This document shows, piece after piece, positions 38,547 to 48,508 of a DNA stretch of 64,000 nt. A program made the position numbers and the translations under genes. The notes under the pieces were generated by a model. That model made no database searches, was not told the DNA's origin, and saw only the letters and a program-made list of their open reading frames with translations. The stretch lies in assembly GCA_014728225.1 (NCBI GenBank), contig WJLX01000012.1, forward strand, positions 591 through 64,590. Reading direction: 5' to 3'. This DNA comes from Candidatus Coatesbacteria bacterium. GTDB taxonomy: Bacteria; RBG-13-66-14. The stretch's first letter is position 1. Each line of letters opens with the position of its first letter.

Positions 38547-39524
38547 ATGCTGGAACTCGAAGACCTGAGCGAGGTGCTGCGCCGCGCCGCGGAGGAACCC
38601 CAATCCTTCCAGGGCTTTCTGTTGATCAAGCAACGCACAGTCAAGATGACCAAACGCGGCGATCCCTTCCTCCATCTCACCCTGGCCGACGCCACGGCGG
38701 CGGTCACCGGCGTGGTCTTCGCCGACCACAGCGCCTACGAGACCCTGCGCGATCCGGAAACCGTCTTCATCGCCCTGCGCGGCGTGGTCGAGAACAACCC
38801 GACATACGGGATGCAGCTCGTCATCCGCGAGGCCCGGCCGGTACGCGATGCCGATCGGGAACTGGGATTCGACGAGTCCCGCCTCGTACCCTCGACGCCC
38901 TACGACATCGACGCCCTCTGGCGAGAGGCTCTCGAACTGGTGGAATCGATCGCCGAAGAGGCCCTGCGCGAGGTCGTCCGCGAGCTGCTGACCGCGCACG
39001 AGGAACAACTGCGCCGCGCCCCCGCGGCGCGGACCATCCACCAGGCCTACCGCGGCGGCCTGCTCGAACACATGGTCTTCGTCGCCCGGGACGCCCGTTA
39101 TTACGCCGACAAGTACCCGGAACTCGACGCCGACCTGCTGCTGGCCGGCGCCCTGCTCCACGACATCGGCAAGCTCGTCGAACTGGACGACGGTCCACCC
39201 TACGACTATACCGACGCCGGACGCCTGATGGGACACCTCTATCAGGGGGCGCGGATGATCGAGGAGGCCGCCACGACCGCCGAGCTCGAAAACGACAAGA
39301 CCATGCAGCTCGTCCATCTGATCCTCTCCCACCACGGCGAGCGGGAGTACGGCGCCGTCACCACACCCAAGACCCGGGAGGCCGTCCTGCTGCACTACCT
39401 GGACAACATCGACGCCAAGCTGGCCATCTTCCGCCGCTACGTCGCCCAGGCCGGACCCGGCAACTGGACCGAGCCCGCCTGGGAGCTGGGACGGGCCCCG
39501 CTGTGGAAAGGCGGCGACGACTGA
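38547..39524 (+). CDS. YhaM-like 3'-5' exoribonuclease / OB-fold + HD-domain phosphohydrolase
   Basis: Start MLELEDLSEV after AAGGAAG. N-terminal OB-fold region, then HD motif ALLHDIGK...LSHHGEREYGA. Confidence 0.65.
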   Translation: MLELEDLSEVLRRAAEEPQSFQGFLLIKQRTVKMTKRGDPFLHLTLADATAAVTGVVFADHSAYETLRDPETVFIALRGVVENNPTYGMQLVIREARPVRDADRELGFDESRLVPSTPYDIDALWREALELVESIAEEALREVVRELLTAHEEQLRRAPAARTIHQAYRGGLLEHMVFVARDARYYADKYPELDADLLLAGALLHDIGKLVELDDGPPYDYTDAGRLMGHLYQGARMIEEAATTAELENDKTMQLVHLILSHHGEREYGAVTTPKTREAVLLHYLDNIDAKLAIFRRYVAQAGPGNWTEPAWELGRAPLWKGGDD

Positions 39525-39536
39525 GCGCCGCCGAGA

Positions 39537-39718
39537 CCCCGGAAAAGGAACCGCCGCCGCGTCTCTAACGACACGGCGCGGGACCGTCGGAACTGGCACG
39601 GTTTTTGCGGAGGCGGACCGTTAGCGTCAGCCGTAACGGCCGCTGAGATGCAAAAACCGTGCCAGTTCCGACGGAGGCGGCGAGCCTTATCAACTCTCGC
39701 GCATTCCCTTTTCCGGGG
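39537..39718. repeat. nested palindromic repeat element, copy G (core 39585..39674, GGAGGC-first, GGAACTGG variant)
   Basis: Core CCGTCGGAACTGGCACGGTTTTTGC GGAGGC ... GCTGAGATGC AAAAACCGTGCCAGTTCCGACGG. Inner GGACCGTTA...TAACGGCC. Outer inverted repeat CCCCGGAAAAGGAA (39537-39550) / TTCCCTTTTCCGGGG (39704-39718). Lies between convergent genes. Confidence 0.8.
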
Positions 39719-39804
39719 TCTCCGCGGCTCGCGCAATAGCCAACCGGGAGGGCTCAGGCCCTCCCGGTTGGCGTACTGGATAACAACTCGGACGCGACGG
39801 GCGT

Positions 39805-41277
39805 CTAGCCGTTGTGTTCGGCGTTGCCGCCCCACATCGCCCAGTCGGTCAGGTCGTCGTCGCCGGTGTCGAAGCCCACCAGGGTGCCGTAGTCGGTGCC
39901 CACGTAAACCCAGCCGTCCCACAGGGCGGGCTGGAAGCGCACGGGCTCGCCGATCTCGACCCGCCACAACAGCTCGCCGTCGTCGGCGTCGAGGCAGATC
40001 ACGTAGCCGTCTTCGGTGCCGATGACGAGCTTGTCGTCGGCGAAGGAGGGCGGAGTGAGCATCCGGCCGCCCAGGCGTTCGCCCTCCGGCTCGTAAAAAT
40101 ACTCGAAGAGCACCTCGCCGGAGTCGATGTCGGTGCAGATGACGGCGTCGCCCTGAGAGGCCCAGGAGCGGTCCCCGCGGACCACGGGCCGCGATCCCTG
40201 GTAGGCCCAGACGCCGGAGACGCTGGACAGACCCACGTTGCCGGCGGCCTGGTGCAGTTGGGCCGTCTCCGGGGCGGCGGCGAAACCGACAGAGGAGTCG
40301 GCCGCCGCTTGTTCTTCGTGGTAGGCCTGTTCGGCGTTGTAGGCGTGGCGCAGGTAATCGGCCTTACGTCGCTGCCACAGTTCTTCATTGGTGCGGGTAC
40401 CGGTCTTGTCGTCGAGGCGGGCCAGGCCCTCGTAGGCGAGCGTACCGTACTCGTCCTCCTCGTCGCCTTCCTCGCGCTGGCTGACGTAGATCTCGCCGTC
40501 GGCGATCCAGGGGGCGCTGGTGGCCAGCAATTGTTCGCTGAAGATCTCGGCCCCGGTCGCCAAATCCAGGCGGTAGACCGTGCCCTCGAGGCAGGTGAAG
40601 TAGACGGAGTCGTCGTCGATGATCGGGGCACTGAGCACCTCTCCGATGATGGGGACGTCCCAGATCTTGCGGCCGCTCTCCAGCTCGCGGGCGGTTATCC
40701 GATGACCGCCCTGACCCGGATAGGTCATCACGATCCGCTTGCCGGTGATCGCCGGCTGGGCCATCAGCGGGTCGCCCAGCCATTCGCCCCAGACCATCTG
40801 GCCGCTGGCGGCGTCGAGAACGTAGAGGATGCAGCTTTCGGTATTGAAGGCCACCCGGCCCTGATCGAAGACGGCAGCGGTGGGACCATCGTCGCCGGAC
40901 TTGAACATCCAGGCCGCCGCGCCGTCGTCGGCGTCGAAGGCGTAGAACTCGTAGGAGCCGAAACCGCCGCCGACGTAGACCAGCCCGTCGCCAACCGCCG
41001 GGGTGGCCAGAGGCCGGCCGCCGGGAACGGCGAGCCGCCAGCCCTCACCGTCGAGGTCCGTCTCGAAGCTCTCCACGACGATAGCCAGCTCGTCACCGGC
41101 AAGGACCGTCTCCGCGGCCGCCTGGGGTACATCGGGGTCACCGTAGTTGTACTCACCCAGCGCACTCTGCTGCGTAATATCGGGCATGCTCTGTTCCAGG
41201 TAGTCGTCGGCGGCGATAGCGACGACGGTAGTCAGCACGGCCGGGACAACCAACATCAACCAGCGCGGTTTATCCAT
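39805..41277 (-). CDS. secreted PQQ-like (BamB-type) beta-propeller repeat protein
   Basis: Signal peptide. Repeated blades of the type G.VY.....G.LYA.DA.TG...W. Confidence 0.6.
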   Translation of the reverse strand: MDKPRWLMLVVPAVLTTVVAIAADDYLEQSMPDITQQSALGEYNYGDPDVPQAAAETVLAGDELAIVVESFETDLDGEGWRLAVPGGRPLATPAVGDGLVYVGGGFGSYEFYAFDADDGAAAWMFKSGDDGPTAAVFDQGRVAFNTESCILYVLDAASGQMVWGEWLGDPLMAQPAITGKRIVMTYPGQGGHRITARELESGRKIWDVPIIGEVLSAPIIDDDSVYFTCLEGTVYRLDLATGAEIFSEQLLATSAPWIADGEIYVSQREEGDEEDEYGTLAYEGLARLDDKTGTRTNEELWQRRKADYLRHAYNAEQAYHEEQAAADSSVGFAAAPETAQLHQAAGNVGLSSVSGVWAYQGSRPVVRGDRSWASQGDAVICTDIDSGEVLFEYFYEPEGERLGGRMLTPPSFADDKLVIGTEDGYVICLDADDGELLWRVEIGEPVRFQPALWDGWVYVGTDYGTLVGFDTGDDDLTDWAMWGGNAEHNG

Positions 41278-41367
41278 CGGAAACCTCCGGGGCTTGGTGG
41301 AAGGGACGTTGTTTATCTACGCCGTGGGGTCGGGTTTGGTTGCAGGGCCGCGGCGGGAGCATGCGGT

Positions 41368-41580
41368 CCGCGCCGGCGTCAATCCAGACCTGGTTGAAGG
41401 TGGTTTGCGGCGGCTTGGCGATGCGGCCGCCGGAACCGGCACGGTTTTTGCATCTCGGCGACCGTTACTGACGATGATAACGGTTCGCCTCCGCAAAAAC
41501 CGTGCCGGTTCCGGCGGCGCGGTCCAGAGTTGTCGGTGTCGGGTCTCTGGTGGCGGGGTCTGGATTGACGCCGGCGCGGG
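41368..41580. repeat. nested palindromic repeat element, copy H (core 41426..41518, ATCTCGGC-first)
   Basis: Core GCCGCCGGAACCGGCACGGTTTTTGC ATCTCGGC GACCGTTActgacgatgaTAACGGTTC GCCTCC GCAAAAACCGTGCCGGTTCCGGCGGC. Outer inverted repeat CCGCGCCGGCGTCAATCCAGACC (41368-41390) / GGTCTGGATTGACGCCGGCGCGG (41558-41580). Confidence 0.8.
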
Positions 41581-41634
41581 GCCGGGATTATTGAGCCGGT
41601 CGTTGAGTCGGGGGCGATGAAGGCGTCGAGGGGT

Positions 41635-42354
41635 TTAATCGGTCATTTCGTCGATCTCGTCCCAGTCGGGCCGGGCGGCGATATAGTCCTGGATCAGCTC
41701 GCGGGCGCGTTCGGCGTCGCCGCGCAGGACGTGGATGGTACCCCAGTAGCCCTTGGCGGTGGTGAAGATGCCGTCGAACCAGGGTACGTAGTTGCTAATG
41801 ATGTAGTAGGGGATGTTGTTTTGTTTGAGCAGGCCGGTCAGCAGGCGGGCCTGCATCTCGTTGGCGGCGCGGTGGACCTCGTCGGTGGCCATCGCCCGGC
41901 CGAGGCGGTGCTGGTGCCAGTCCTCGGGTGGGCCGTCGTCGAGCTCCGCGGCCATTTCGGCCAGTTTTTCCTCGAGTTCCCAGGGGTCGTAGAAGCGGCC
42001 GCCGTCGTAGGGTTGGTAGACCAGTTCCTGGTTGTCGGTGAGGACGAAGGGTGCTTGGGCGACCTCGGCCAGGTAGATCAGCAGCTCGACCAGTTTGAGC
42101 TGCTCGAGCTCTTCCCCGGCGGGCGGGGCTTCGTCCTCGCCGGCGTAGCGCCAGAGGCTGGTTTTCTTGCGGTAGTAGTCGAGGACTGCCGGGGGCGGTT
42201 CGAGGCTCTGCAAGTGCTCCTCGAGTTCCCTGTCGCGCAGGAATTCGAGGGCCAGACCGGGAGCCCGACCGCGCAGCTCGCCGAGGGGGTTTTCGACGTC
42301 CCCCAGGTGACGCAGGAGGTATTCGGGGTCGACGACGATGCGTACGCTGTCCAT
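41635..42354 (-). CDS. hypothetical cytoplasmic protein
   Basis: 239-aa ORF with normal coding composition. No motif I can name. Confidence 0.45.
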   Translation of the reverse strand: MDSVRIVVDPEYLLRHLGDVENPLGELRGRAPGLALEFLRDRELEEHLQSLEPPPAVLDYYRKKTSLWRYAGEDEAPPAGEELEQLKLVELLIYLAEVAQAPFVLTDNQELVYQPYDGGRFYDPWELEEKLAEMAAELDDGPPEDWHQHRLGRAMATDEVHRAANEMQARLLTGLLKQNNIPYYIISNYVPWFDGIFTTAKGYWGTIHVLRGDAERARELIQDYIAARPDWDEIDEMTD

Positions 42355-42454
42355 GGCGGCCTTTCCGGGGGCGGTTCAGTTACAGTTTAGCACAACGGGG
42401 GGGAGATGCGCCGCCGCTCTTGCGGGCCGGGGGCGCGGGGGTTACAATCGGAGG

Positions 42455-42841
42455 GTGGACGGCAAGCTGAAAGAAACCCACCGTCGCGCCGACGGGCGCC
42501 CCCTGGGCCGTCGGCTGGGCTGGATTCTGTTGCTGATCGGGCTGGGCCTGGCCGCCTACCTGCTGTTGGGCTCGAAGAACAGCATCTTCGAGCTGCGCGA
42601 GCTGCGCGAGGAGAAGGCGGAGTTGCTGGAGCGCCGTCGGGAAGCCGAGCGCAGCCTGGAGCGTTACCGGGAGCTGCTGGAGCGGCTGGAGACCGACGAC
42701 GCCTTCCTGGAGGAGCTGGTTCGGGAGCGCCTGGGTCTGGCCGCTCCGGGGGAACGGGTCTATGTTATCATCGATAAAACCTCGGCGGACGGGGAGAACA
42801 CGGAGGGCGCTGACGCCGCCGATCCCGCCGGTGGGGATTGA
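42455..42841 (+). CDS. ftsB: cell-division protein FtsB/DivIC-like (septum formation initiator)
   Basis: Short basic N-terminus, single TM (WILLLIGLGLAAYLLL), coiled coil (ELRELREEKAELLERRREAERSLERYRELL), conserved ...ERLGLAAPGERVYVI. Start codon uncertain: GTG at 42455, or ATG at 42338 which would overlap the divergent gene. Confidence 0.5.
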   Translation: MDGKLKETHRRADGRPLGRRLGWILLLIGLGLAAYLLLGSKNSIFELRELREEKAELLERRREAERSLERYRELLERLETDDAFLEELVRERLGLAAPGERVYVIIDKTSADGENTEGADAADPAGGD

Positions 42842-43005
42842 CGTGAGGTGAAAGAGTTGCAAGGGCGACTCATTGGATTGGAGGACGGCGTGGCGTCCCG
42901 TCGCGGTCGGACGGACCGCGGCGGCGCCCGGGAACCGCTGCCGGTCGGGCATCGCATATTCCGATTCGCCGACAACCGTTCCCCCGCTTCCACAAAGGAT
43001 TGACC

Positions 43006-44451
43006 ATGGGCAAGAAGAACCGCAAGGGCTCCGTCGAGAGCATTACCGATATCAACGAGGACTTTTCCGCCTGGTACGTCGACGTCGTGCGCCAGGCCAA
43101 GCTGGCCGATTACACCTCCCTCAAGGGCTGCATGGTCATCCGGCCCTACGGCTTCGCCCTGTGGGAGAACATGCGCGACCATCTGGACAAGCGGATCAAG
43201 GATACGGGTCACGTCAACGCCTACTTCCCGCTGTTCATTCCGGAGAGCCTGCTGCAGAAGGAGGCCGACCACGTCGAGGGCTTCGCTCCGGAGGTGGCTT
43301 GGGTGACCCACGGCGGCGAGAAGGAGCTCGAGGAGCGGGTCTGCGTCCGACCGACCTCCGAGGCGATCATCGGCAGCATCTACTCCAAGTGGATCCAGTC
43401 CTACCGCGACCTGCCCCTGCTGATCAACCAGTGGGCCAACGTGGTCCGTTGGGAGAAGGTCACCCGGCTGTTCCTGCGGACCACGGAGTTCCTCTGGCAG
43501 GAGGGTCACACCTGCCACCGCACCGAGCAGGAGGCCATCAACGAGGCTCTCAAGATGCTCGAGGTCTACGAACGCTTCTACGAGGAGGATCTGGCCGTTC
43601 CCGTGCTCAAAGGGGTCAAGAGCGAGGCGGAGAAATTCGCCGGCGCCCGCAGCACCTTCTGCGTCGAGGCCCTGATGCAGGACGGTAAGGCGTTGCAGGC
43701 GGGCACGACCCATGATCTGGGTCAGCACTTTGCCAAGGTGTTCGATATCAAGTTCCTCGACGAGGACGAGAGCGAGAAGTACGTTCACCAGACCAGTTGG
43801 GGCGTCAGCACGCGTTCGGTGGGCGCCCTGGTGATGACCCACGGCGACGCCCGCGGTCTGCGCCTGCCCCCGCGGGTGGCTCCGACCCAGATCGTCGTCG
43901 TGCCGATCCTGTTCGACGACACCCGAGAGGACACCCTCAGCTATTGCGCCTACGTACTGGAGTGCCTGGAGGGCTACCGGGTGGAGTTCGACACCTCGCC
44001 CAAGAGCCCGGGCTGGAAGTTCGCCGAGGCCGAGCTGCGCGGGATCCCGCTGCGGATCGAGGTCGGCCCCCGGGACATCAAGCAGGATCAGGTGACGATG
44101 GTGCGTCGCGATACCGGCGAGAAGCGTCCGGTGCTGGTCGAGGATCTGGAGCGGATCGTCGGCGAGACGCTGGAGGACATCCAGCAGAAGTTGTACCAGC
44201 AGGCCCTGGAGTACCGCCAAGCCCACACCTGGAGCGTGTCCGGCCTCGACGAGCTGGCCGAGCGTCTCGAGGAGCAGCGCGGTCTGTACCACGCCCCCTG
44301 GTGCGGCAGCCCCGAGTGTGAGACCGCGGTCAAGGATCGCACCAAGGCCACCATCCGCTGTCTGCCCTTCGAGCAACCCGAGGACAAGGGCGTCTGCCTG
44401 GTCTGCGGCGCCGAGGCCAAGTGGGACGCCGTCTTCGCCCGGGCCTATTAG
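43006..44451 (+). CDS. proS: prolyl-tRNA synthetase (archaeal/eukaryal-type, class II)
   Basis: Class II motifs: FLRTTEFLWQEGH; GKALQAGTTHDLG. C-terminal zinc-binding tail CGSPECE...CLVCG. 481 aa. Confidence 0.9.
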   Translation: MGKKNRKGSVESITDINEDFSAWYVDVVRQAKLADYTSLKGCMVIRPYGFALWENMRDHLDKRIKDTGHVNAYFPLFIPESLLQKEADHVEGFAPEVAWVTHGGEKELEERVCVRPTSEAIIGSIYSKWIQSYRDLPLLINQWANVVRWEKVTRLFLRTTEFLWQEGHTCHRTEQEAINEALKMLEVYERFYEEDLAVPVLKGVKSEAEKFAGARSTFCVEALMQDGKALQAGTTHDLGQHFAKVFDIKFLDEDESEKYVHQTSWGVSTRSVGALVMTHGDARGLRLPPRVAPTQIVVVPILFDDTREDTLSYCAYVLECLEGYRVEFDTSPKSPGWKFAEAELRGIPLRIEVGPRDIKQDQVTMVRRDTGEKRPVLVEDLERIVGETLEDIQQKLYQQALEYRQAHTWSVSGLDELAERLEEQRGLYHAPWCGSPECETAVKDRTKATIRCLPFEQPEDKGVCLVCGAEAKWDAVFARAY

Positions 44452-44475
44452 CTCCTTCGGTGCGTTCGTTTTTTA

Positions 44476-44503
44476 CGACCCCGCCCGCGGGCGGGGTTTT
44501 TTG
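44476..44503 (+). terminator. intrinsic terminator after proS
   Basis: GACCCCGCCCGCGGGCGGGGT hairpin followed by TTTTTTG. Confidence 0.6.
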
Positions 44504-44583
44504 CGGCCGCTCCCGTACCACGGCGGCGGTGTCGTCCCTCCGCGGCCGGGGGCCCACCGGGTCTGCCCCCGGCGCGACACCGG

Positions 44584-44648
44584 CCCGGCACGGTTCTTGC
44601 GATGACGACGGACCCGGCCGGGTCCGTCGTCGCAACAACCGCGCCGGG
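44584..44648. repeat. degenerate relative of the palindromic element (variant I)
   Basis: CCCGGCACGGTTCTTGCGATGACGACGGACCCGG CCGGGTCCGTCGTCGCAACAACCGCGCCGGG. Imperfect 31-bp palindrome sharing GGCACGGTTCTTGC with the core arm. Confidence 0.5.
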
Positions 44649-44738
44649 CCTTTGGCTTGGGCGTTGTTCACTGGTGCGGGGCGTTGCAGGGGCTCGGTCG
44701 TCTGTTATAATCAATAGGCAACCGCAGGGGAAACGGCT

Positions 44739-45377
44739 ATGCTGACCATCGGCTGGACGGGGGGCGTCTGCGCGGGCAAGACGACGGCCCTGCGCTGCCT
44801 GGGCGAGATCGCCGCCCTGGAGGTTCTCGACGCCGACGCCCTGGGTCATCACCTGCTGCGCGAGGAGGGGATCAGGGGGCGGGTCGTCGAGCTGCTGGGC
44901 GCCGAGGTCCTGGGGGCCGACGACGAGCTGGACCGCGGCGCGGTCGGTCTGCGGGTCTTCGCCGACCGGGCCCTGCTGGAGCGCTTCAACGCCCTGGTGC
45001 ATCCGCCCTTGGTGGAGCGCATCGGCCGGGCCGTCGCGGCGGCCCGCGAGCGTCCGCCGCGGGGGCGGGAGGCCTTCGTCGTCGACGCGGCGTTGATCTA
45101 CGAGTGGGGCATCCAGGACCTTTTCGACGTCGTGGTGGCGGTGCGCGCCGTGTCCGGCCTGGCCCTGCGGCGGTTGAGGGAGCGGGGTCTCGACGAGGAC
45201 GGAGCGCGCCGGCGGATGGCGGCCCAGTTGCCGGCGCAGAGCAAGGCCCGGCGGGCGGACTTCGTCGTGGTCAACGACGACGACCTGACGGCCCTGCGGC
45301 GGCGGGTGCGTTTCCTCTGGGAGCATCAGTTGTACGAGCTGCGCCGGGAGCGGGGAACGGTGGACGACGATGGCTGA
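44739..45377 (+). CDS. coaE: dephospho-CoA kinase
   Basis: MLTIGWTGGVCAGKTT P-loop. ~210 aa. Confidence 0.8.
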   Translation: MLTIGWTGGVCAGKTTALRCLGEIAALEVLDADALGHHLLREEGIRGRVVELLGAEVLGADDELDRGAVGLRVFADRALLERFNALVHPPLVERIGRAVAAARERPPRGREAFVVDAALIYEWGIQDLFDVVVAVRAVSGLALRRLRERGLDEDGARRRMAAQLPAQSKARRADFVVVNDDDLTALRRRVRFLWEHQLYELRRERGTVDDDG

Positions 45378-46020
45378 GCGGTTGCGTGACAACCAGGCCG
45401 AGCTGCGGCGGCGCGTGCGCCGCGCCCGGGTGGTGCCGCTGATCCGCACCCGGGAGGCCGCAACGGCCCGCCGGGTGGGCGGAACGTTGATCGCGGCCGG
45501 CGCCACGGTCCTCGAGGTGGCGTTGACCTGCCCTGATGCCCCGGCGGTCCTGCGGGCGCTGTCGCCGGCGGACTGCCTGGTCGGCGCGGCCAGCGTGGCG
45601 GACGAGGAGTCCCTGCGGGCCGCTCTGGAGGCCGGGGCGGACTTCGCCGTCAGCGCCCACCTCGATCGTCGCTTGATCGAGGTTTGCCAGGCGGCCGGTC
45701 GGCCCTTCATCCCCGGGGCGGCGACGCCGACGGAGATTTGCGCCGCCGTCGAGTCCGGCGCCGAGCTGGTCAAGGTCTTTCCGGCCCGACAGCTCGGCGG
45801 ACCGGCCTACCTGCGGTCCCTGCTGGGTCCGCTGCCCGGTCTGCGCCTGCTGCCGGCGGGGGGGATCGCCCTCGAGGAGATCGACGACTATCTGGCGGCC
45901 GGCGCCTGGGGCGTCGTCGTCGGCAATGCTCTGATCGGCGCCGCCGAGCCGTCCGCGGCCTACACCGAGCTGCAGCGCCGCCTGTCCGCGGAACGGTCCG
46001 GCGCGGGAGGTGGATCGTGA
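45370..46020 (+). CDS. eda: KDPG/KHG aldolase
   Basis: TIM-barrel aldolase motifs: LEVALTCPDA; ELVKVFPA; LLPAGGI. 8-nt overlap with coaE. Confidence 0.75.
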   Translation: MAERLRDNQAELRRRVRRARVVPLIRTREAATARRVGGTLIAAGATVLEVALTCPDAPAVLRALSPADCLVGAASVADEESLRAALEAGADFAVSAHLDRRLIEVCQAAGRPFIPGAATPTEICAAVESGAELVKVFPARQLGGPAYLRSLLGPLPGLRLLPAGGIALEEIDDYLAAGAWGVVVGNALIGAAEPSAAYTELQRRLSAERSGAGGGS

Positions 46021-46385
46021 CGAGGCTGGTGCCGTTGCTGCTGCTGTGTTTGTCGACGGTCGTTCCCGCCCAGGCCGTGTCCGTCGAGGAGCTGGTCATC
46101 CGCCCCGACGGCGAGATCGTCCTGGAGCTCAACCTCAATGAGGACGGGGCGGGGTACTTCTTCCGCGCCGAGCTGGAGTGGTGGACCTGGGCCGGCGAGC
46201 GCGGCTACCGCGAGCTGGAGTACGGCCGGCGCCATACCCGCTTCAGCGGCCCGACGGGACCGCTGACCATGGGTGAGCTGTCCCGGTTGACCGGCGGGGC
46301 GTCCATCAAGCTGGCCGTGATCACCGTCACCCTGGTCGACGACGCGGGCAACCGCGTGCGCGAGGAGTACCGGTGGCGGCCCTGA
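46017..46385 (+). CDS. small secreted protein of unknown function
   Basis: GTG start overlapping the eda TGA (GTGA), preceded by a GGGAGG RBS. Signal peptide VTRLVPLLLLCLSTVVPAQA. Confidence 0.45.
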   Translation: MTRLVPLLLLCLSTVVPAQAVSVEELVIRPDGEIVLELNLNEDGAGYFFRAELEWWTWAGERGYRELEYGRRHTRFSGPTGPLTMGELSRLTGGASIKLAVITVTLVDDAGNRVREEYRWRP

Positions 46386-48064
46386 GGCCGGCGGACGAAG
46401 CCGCCCCCGAGGCCCTGCCCCTGCGCCTGGGAGCCGGGCTGCCGCCGTCGGCCGCCGAGCGGCCCTGGGTGTTGGTGGAGAGTCACGCCGGTGAGACCCA
46501 CCCCGGCGCCGCCCACCTCGAAGACCTCTCGCGGGAGCTGGCCGACGCCCTGCTCGGGGCCGGACTGGCCCCCTACCGGGCCCACTGCACCGATCTGTGT
46601 GACGGCGTGGCCCAGGGCACCCCGGCGATGGGCCTCTCCCTGGCCGGGCGCGAGCTCTACGCCCTGGCCGCCGAGCTCCACGCCCGCGGCGGACACGCCG
46701 TCGCGGCGGTCTTCGTCGCCGCCTGCGACAAGGCCCTGCCCGGTCAACTGCTGGCCGCCGTCCGGCTGGACCTGCCCTGCCTGGTCCTGCCCGGCGGGGT
46801 GATGCCCCGGGCCGCCGGCGACGCAACCCTGGCCGACGTCGGCGACTGGGCCGCCGCCCGGCGGCGCGGCGCCCTGGGGCGTGAGGAATACGAGCGCCGA
46901 CGCCGGGGCGCCTGTCCCGGACCCGGAGCCTGCGCCTTCCTGGGCACGGCGGGCACCATGCAGTGCCTGGCCGAGGGCCTGGGGCTGGCCCTGCCCGGCA
47001 GCGCCCTGCTGCCGACGACGGGTGGCGAGCTGACCGTCGCTCTGGGGCGCGTCGCCGAGCGCCTGCCCGGCCTGCTGGCGGACGGACCCACCCCGCGCCG
47101 CCTGCTCGACGCCCGCTCCCTGCGTAACGCCGTACGCCTGACCGCCGCCCTGGGCGGTTCGACCAACGCCCTGCTCCACCTGGCCGCCCTGGCCCGGGAG
47201 CTGGGAACGCCCTTCGAGCTGCGCGCCGTCGACACCCTCTGCGCCGCGGTGCCCCGCCTGGTCGATCTGCGCCCCGCCGGACGCCGTCCCACAGACCGCT
47301 TCCATCTGGCCGGCGGAGTGCCCGCCGTCGTCGAGCGCCTGCTCGAGCTCGGTTGCTGGGAGCCGGAGGCCCGGACCGTCCTCGGCGATTGGCCGACGAC
47401 CCTGGCTCGTTGGCGCGAACGCGACGAGCCCGGCGTCCGCCTGCGTCTGTTGGATGAACTGGGCGAGACGCCGACGGATTATCTGGCCCCGGCGCGGGAA
47501 CCCTTCGCCCCCGGCGGCGGATTGCGCGTCCTCTTCGGCAATCTGGCCCCCCGGGGCGCCGTGGTCAAGGCCGCCGGTCTCGAGCGTCGGCTCGTCGCCG
47601 GACCGGCGCGGGTCTTCGCCGGCGAGGCCGCCGCCCTGGAAGCCGTGGCCGCCGGGGCGATCGCTCCGGGCGAGGTCCTCGTCCTGCCCGGCCAGGGACC
47701 CCGCGGCGCCGGAATGCCCGAGCTCTACTACCTGACCGCCGCCATGCGCGAACATCCCCGATTGAGCGGCTCGACGGCCCTCGTCACCGACGGCCGCTTC
47801 TCCGGCGCCACCAGCGGACCCTGCGTCGGCCATGTCTGCCCCGAGGCTGCCGTCGGCGGTCCCCTGGCCCTGGTGCGCGACGGCGATCCCGTGCGCGTCG
47901 ACCTCGAGGGGCGCCGCCTGGAGCTGCTGGTCGAGCCGAGTGAACTGGAGCGCCGCCGGGCGACACCCCCTGCGCCCGCCCCCGCCGCGGGCCGACTCGG
48001 TCGCCTGTACCGCGCCCTGGCCCGCCAGGCCGACGAGGGGGCCGGTCTCGACATCCCCGCCTGA
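46373..48064 (+). CDS. IlvD/EDD-family sugar-acid dehydratase
   Basis: Motifs: ACDKALPG; [17 protein letters not shown]; TDGRFSGAT. The flanking eda and PfkB genes suggest a 2-keto-3-deoxy sugar-acid pathway rather than ilvD. Confidence 0.75.
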   Translation: MAALRPADEAAPEALPLRLGAGLPPSAAERPWVLVESHAGETHPGAAHLEDLSRELADALLGAGLAPYRAHCTDLCDGVAQGTPAMGLSLAGRELYALAAELHARGGHAVAAVFVAACDKALPGQLLAAVRLDLPCLVLPGGVMPRAAGDATLADVGDWAAARRRGALGREEYERRRRGACPGPGACAFLGTAGTMQCLAEGLGLALPGSALLPTTGGELTVALGRVAERLPGLLADGPTPRRLLDARSLRNAVRLTAALGGSTNALLHLAALARELGTPFELRAVDTLCAAVPRLVDLRPAGRRPTDRFHLAGGVPAVVERLLELGCWEPEARTVLGDWPTTLARWRERDEPGVRLRLLDELGETPTDYLAPAREPFAPGGGLRVLFGNLAPRGAVVKAAGLERRLVAGPARVFAGEAAALEAVAAGAIAPGEVLVLPGQGPRGAGMPELYYLTAAMREHPRLSGSTALVTDGRFSGATSGPCVGHVCPEAAVGGPLALVRDGDPVRVDLEGRRLELLVEPSELERRRATPPAPAPAAGRLGRLYRALARQADEGAGLDIPA

Positions 48065-48076
48065 CGAGGTGACAAC

Positions 48077-48508
48077 GTGCGCTACGAAGAGATGCGGACA
48101 GCCTTCGAGCTGCTGCTCGGGGCCCGGCTGCTGGAGGCCCGGCGCTCGCAGTGGCACGTGCGCTTGCTGCTCGAACGCCCCGGACGTTCGGCCCTCGGCT
48201 GTCCCGCCCTCTGGTACCTCACCGGCGCCCTGGTCAACTGCGCAGACCTCGTCTACCGCCCCGCCGCCGGGGAACGACTGCTGGCCCCGGAGCGCCTGGC
48301 CGAACTCGAGCCCCGGTTGGAGGCCGTCGGCGGCGCGGATCCGACCCTCGAGCTGGCCTGCACCGACCGCGACGGTGGTCCCGGCGCCTTGAGCCTGCGG
48401 GCCCGCGGTCTGCTGCTCTACGACGCCGCCGGCGAGGAGCTGACCCTCGACGGCCTGCGGACAACGGCCCGCGAGTGCTGGGGCCGCGGGACGGAGGACG
48501 ACGGGTGA
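48077..48508 (+). CDS. hypothetical protein
   Basis: GTG start after GAGGTGA. Lies within the operon between the dehydratase and the kinase. Confidence 0.4.
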   Translation: MRYEEMRTAFELLLGARLLEARRSQWHVRLLLERPGRSALGCPALWYLTGALVNCADLVYRPAAGERLLAPERLAELEPRLEAVGGADPTLELACTDRDGGPGALSLRARGLLLYDAAGEELTLDGLRTTARECWGRGTEDDG

